DNA of 64,000 nucleotides from Bacillota bacterium (GTDB lineage Bacteria; Bacillota; Sulfobacillia; JAUYEG01): NCBI GenBank assembly GCA_030691505.1, contig JAUYEG010000091.1, positions 34,552 to 98,551 of the forward strand, read 5' to 3'. Shown piece by piece: positions 62,121 to 64,000 of this stretch (position 1 is its first letter; each line of letters starts with the position of its first letter). The notes under the pieces were generated by a model. It saw only the letters and a program-made list of their open reading frames with translations, ran no database searches and was not told where the DNA came from. The position numbers and the translations under genes were made by a program.

Positions 62121-62537
62121 ATGGGCCTTGCGACCGAGCTGGCCATCGAAGCCTGCAACCTCGGGGTCCGCAACATTGTTGCGGGGCTCGACGGCAAGAC
62201 GTGGTACAGCCACGGCGACACGCTGCGGATCAACGTATGCAACGAGCATCCGGTGGCCTGGGGGATGCCGGAGGAAGGGTTGGCGTTTAGCTGGGATACC
62301 GCGGTGTTTGAGATCACCGAGCGGTTTAACCCGGACCACTACGAGGTCGTGGCCAGCTACCCCGAGAAGGACATCCTCCAGAGCGGCTGGCTGGTCGGCG
62401 AGGACCGCATCGCGGGCCAGCCAGCGGTGGTCAGGGCCAGGTACGGCGACGGAGATTGTGTGCTGATCGGGTTTAAGTGCCAGAACCGGGGGCAGACCCA
62501 CGGCACGTACAAACTGCTGTTTAACTGCCTGCTGTAG
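62121..62537 (+). CDS. C-terminal segment of the M14-family protein (separate frame)
   Basis: GGRLVTMGLATELAIE...HPVAWGMPEEG...SGWLVGEDRIAGQPAVVRARYGDGDCVLIGFKCQNRGQTHGTYKLLFNCLL reads as the continuation of the upstream ORF. The ATG at 62121 is 2 nt after the upstream TGA. Confidence 0.6.
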   Translation: MGLATELAIEACNLGVRNIVAGLDGKTWYSHGDTLRINVCNEHPVAWGMPEEGLAFSWDTAVFEITERFNPDHYEVVASYPEKDILQSGWLVGEDRIAGQPAVVRARYGDGDCVLIGFKCQNRGQTHGTYKLLFNCLL

Positions 62538-62564
62538 GCAAGGGGCGATATCGACTGGCAGAGA

Positions 62565-62594
62565 GGAGACGGCGCGGAGAGCCGCGCCGTCTCC
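62565..62594. terminator. Bidirectional terminator hairpin between convergent genes
   Basis: GGAGACGGCGCGG-AGAG-CCGCGCCGTCTCC followed by CTTTGG. Confidence 0.6.
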
Positions 62595-62616
62595 CTTTGG
62601 TGTACGCCCGAAATCG

Positions 62617-63945
62617 CTACCGCAGCAGGTCCTCCCACATCTTGAGGTAGCTCTTCTTGTTGTACACCGGCCTATAGTCCGCGATGACCTTGCGGGCCTG
62701 GCCGGCGTCGTCCCAGAGGAGGTCGACCACTGTGGCGGCGACGACTTTGGCCGAGGCCACGTAGGATAGGTTCTCGTCCGCGATGCGGACGTTCTCGGAG
62801 TGGCCCTGGCCCTTGACCCCGCCCACACTGAGGGTGGCGACGGGCATCAGGTGCGAGACGTCCCCGAGGTCGCCGGACGCCGTGGTGTGACCGCGGTCGC
62901 CGACCTCGTCCTTGCCGACGATGGCCTCGGCGTTGGCACGGTTGAGGGCGTCGAGGCCGGGGCTGCTGACCTTGGGGAGGTAGCCGGGCAGGGTTTCGAT
63001 GTCAACCTCGGCCCCGACGGCCATCGCGCCGGCCTGGAGGGCCCGGTCAACCTTGGCGGCCGCGTTGATGATGGCCTCCATGCGCTTGCCGCGCACGTAG
63101 AGCTCCACCCGGACGTCCGCCGGGACGATGTTGACCAGGTCGCCGCCCTTGGTGATGATCGGGTGGATGCGGACGGTGTCATCGTCACGGAGCGTCTCAC
63201 GCTGGGCGTGGATGCCGAAAAGACCAAGCATCGCAGCGTTGAGCGCGTTAATCCCCTCGTGCGGGGCGGCGCCGGAGTGCGCCTCGCGCCCCGTAAACTT
63301 GACGAACTTGCCGACGAAGCCGTTGCTGGTGCCCCCGACGCCCATTTTGGGTTGGGGCTGCGGCTGACCGCCGCGCCCTTCCTCGAACATGGCGTGGATC
63401 ATCAGGGTGATGTCGATGTCATCCATCAGGCCCTTGAGGATGTACTCCTGCTTGCCGCCAAGGAAGCTGATCTTGCCCTCGCGGCGGAGGCGGGCGCGGT
63501 ACTCGATTTCCACGTACTCCTCGGCGGGCACGGCGATCAAGACGGCGTCGCCGCCGAAATGCGCCGCGGCCCCCGCGTCCACCAGGCCCATTCCGACGCC
63601 CAGCATCATGGCGAGCTGGCCGTTGTGCACGCAGGAGTGCGCCGCGCCGGTGAGCGGGTCCGCGTCGGGGTGGCCGGGGCAGAGGACCGAGTCGAGTTCG
63701 CCGAGCACGCAGACGCTAGGCCCGGCCGACTTACCCTTGAGGCCCGCCTTGAGGCCCGTGATCGCCAGGCCCTCCTGGAAGTCGAGCCCGAGCGCCCTGA
63801 ACTTGTCCGCCACCTTGGCCGCCGTGCGGTGCTCCTTGTAGCCCAACTCCGGATGCTGAAAGACGTCGCGCCCGAATGCGATGATCTCGTCCGCGCGGCG
63901 GTCGATGGCGTCCCAAACGCGCTGCTTGAGCTGCTGCTTGTCCAT
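62617..63945 (-). CDS. M20D-type amidohydrolase (AbgB-like)
   Basis: MDKQQLKQRVWDAIDRRADEIIAFGRDVFQHPELGYKEHRT..., AAHSCVHNGQ, and PAEEYVE are consistent with M20 amidohydrolases of the aminobenzoyl-glutamate hydrolase type. Confidence 0.8.
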   Translation of the reverse strand: MDKQQLKQRVWDAIDRRADEIIAFGRDVFQHPELGYKEHRTAAKVADKFRALGLDFQEGLAITGLKAGLKGKSAGPSVCVLGELDSVLCPGHPDADPLTGAAHSCVHNGQLAMMLGVGMGLVDAGAAAHFGGDAVLIAVPAEEYVEIEYRARLRREGKISFLGGKQEYILKGLMDDIDITLMIHAMFEEGRGGQPQPQPKMGVGGTSNGFVGKFVKFTGREAHSGAAPHEGINALNAAMLGLFGIHAQRETLRDDDTVRIHPIITKGGDLVNIVPADVRVELYVRGKRMEAIINAAAKVDRALQAGAMAVGAEVDIETLPGYLPKVSSPGLDALNRANAEAIVGKDEVGDRGHTTASGDLGDVSHLMPVATLSVGGVKGQGHSENVRIADENLSYVASAKVVAATVVDLLWDDAGQARKVIADYRPVYNKKSYLKMWEDLLR

Positions 63946-64000
63946 TGGCTACCGAGCCTCCCCCTGCCGGCCGTCCAGCTTGACTGTCGCCGTGTGGCGG

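Noticed and set aside
1-64000. Search by eye for tRNA/rRNA genes, CRISPR arrays, IS elements, transposases, integrases and phage genes
   Set aside because: I recognised no T-loop/acceptor signatures, no spaced direct-repeat arrays, no terminal inverted repeats flanking a transposase-like ORF, and no recombinase motifs. The absence is by visual inspection only and should be confirmed with tRNAscan-SE, Infernal, CRISPR finders and ISfinder.

Overview
High-GC chromosomal window, roughly two-thirds G+C by eye, from a Gram-positive-type bacterium. It is probably a thermophilic, spore-forming Firmicute: it has an alpha/beta-type SASP, a class V FBP aldolase/phosphatase, a tungsten AOR, and a YvyF/FlgM/FliW/CsrA/SigD-style flagellar gene set.

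Layout:
- 1-11.9 kb: housekeeping genes. These are a MoaD-like carrier plus AOR, a YlbF-like regulator, an Smr-less MutS2 paralog, a 3'-truncated dynamin-like GTPase, an AEC transporter, FBP aldolase/phosphatase, an M20 peptidase, and an unannotated 35-aa zinc-ribbon ORF.
- 11.9-46.8 kb: one collinear flagellar supercluster of 44 consecutive plus-strand ORFs, flgB through fliT. A c-di-GMP-I (GEMM-I) riboswitch with an intrinsic terminator sits directly in front of flgB. A PilZ-domain gene occupies the slot after flhF where flhG normally sits. No flhG or che genes were seen.
- 46.9-56.6 kb: a PAS/sigma-54-activator-like protein with degenerate ATPase and GAFTGA motifs, DegV, a SASP, an amidohydrolase with an internal deletion, an aminotransferase, MurD, an EndoIII-like glycosylase, a Zn-ADH, and a methyltransferase with an Arg/Gly/Pro-rich tail.
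- 56.6-64 kb: a visibly less GC-rich, tightly coupled four-gene module of uncharacterised membrane proteins. It is followed by a large M14 metallopeptidase, apparently frameshifted, and a convergent M20 amidohydrolase.

The most interesting signals are:
- two-tier c-di-GMP control of the flagellar regulon (riboswitch plus PilZ);
- a discoidin-like domain inserted in the filament cap FliD;
- a recent internal duplication in FliK;
- the degenerate enhancer-binding-protein homolog at the end of the flagellar cluster;
- the unknown four-gene membrane module linked to peptidases.

I did not recognise any tRNA, rRNA, CRISPR array or transposase. All calls rest on reading the sequence and the ORF translations; no database search was run.
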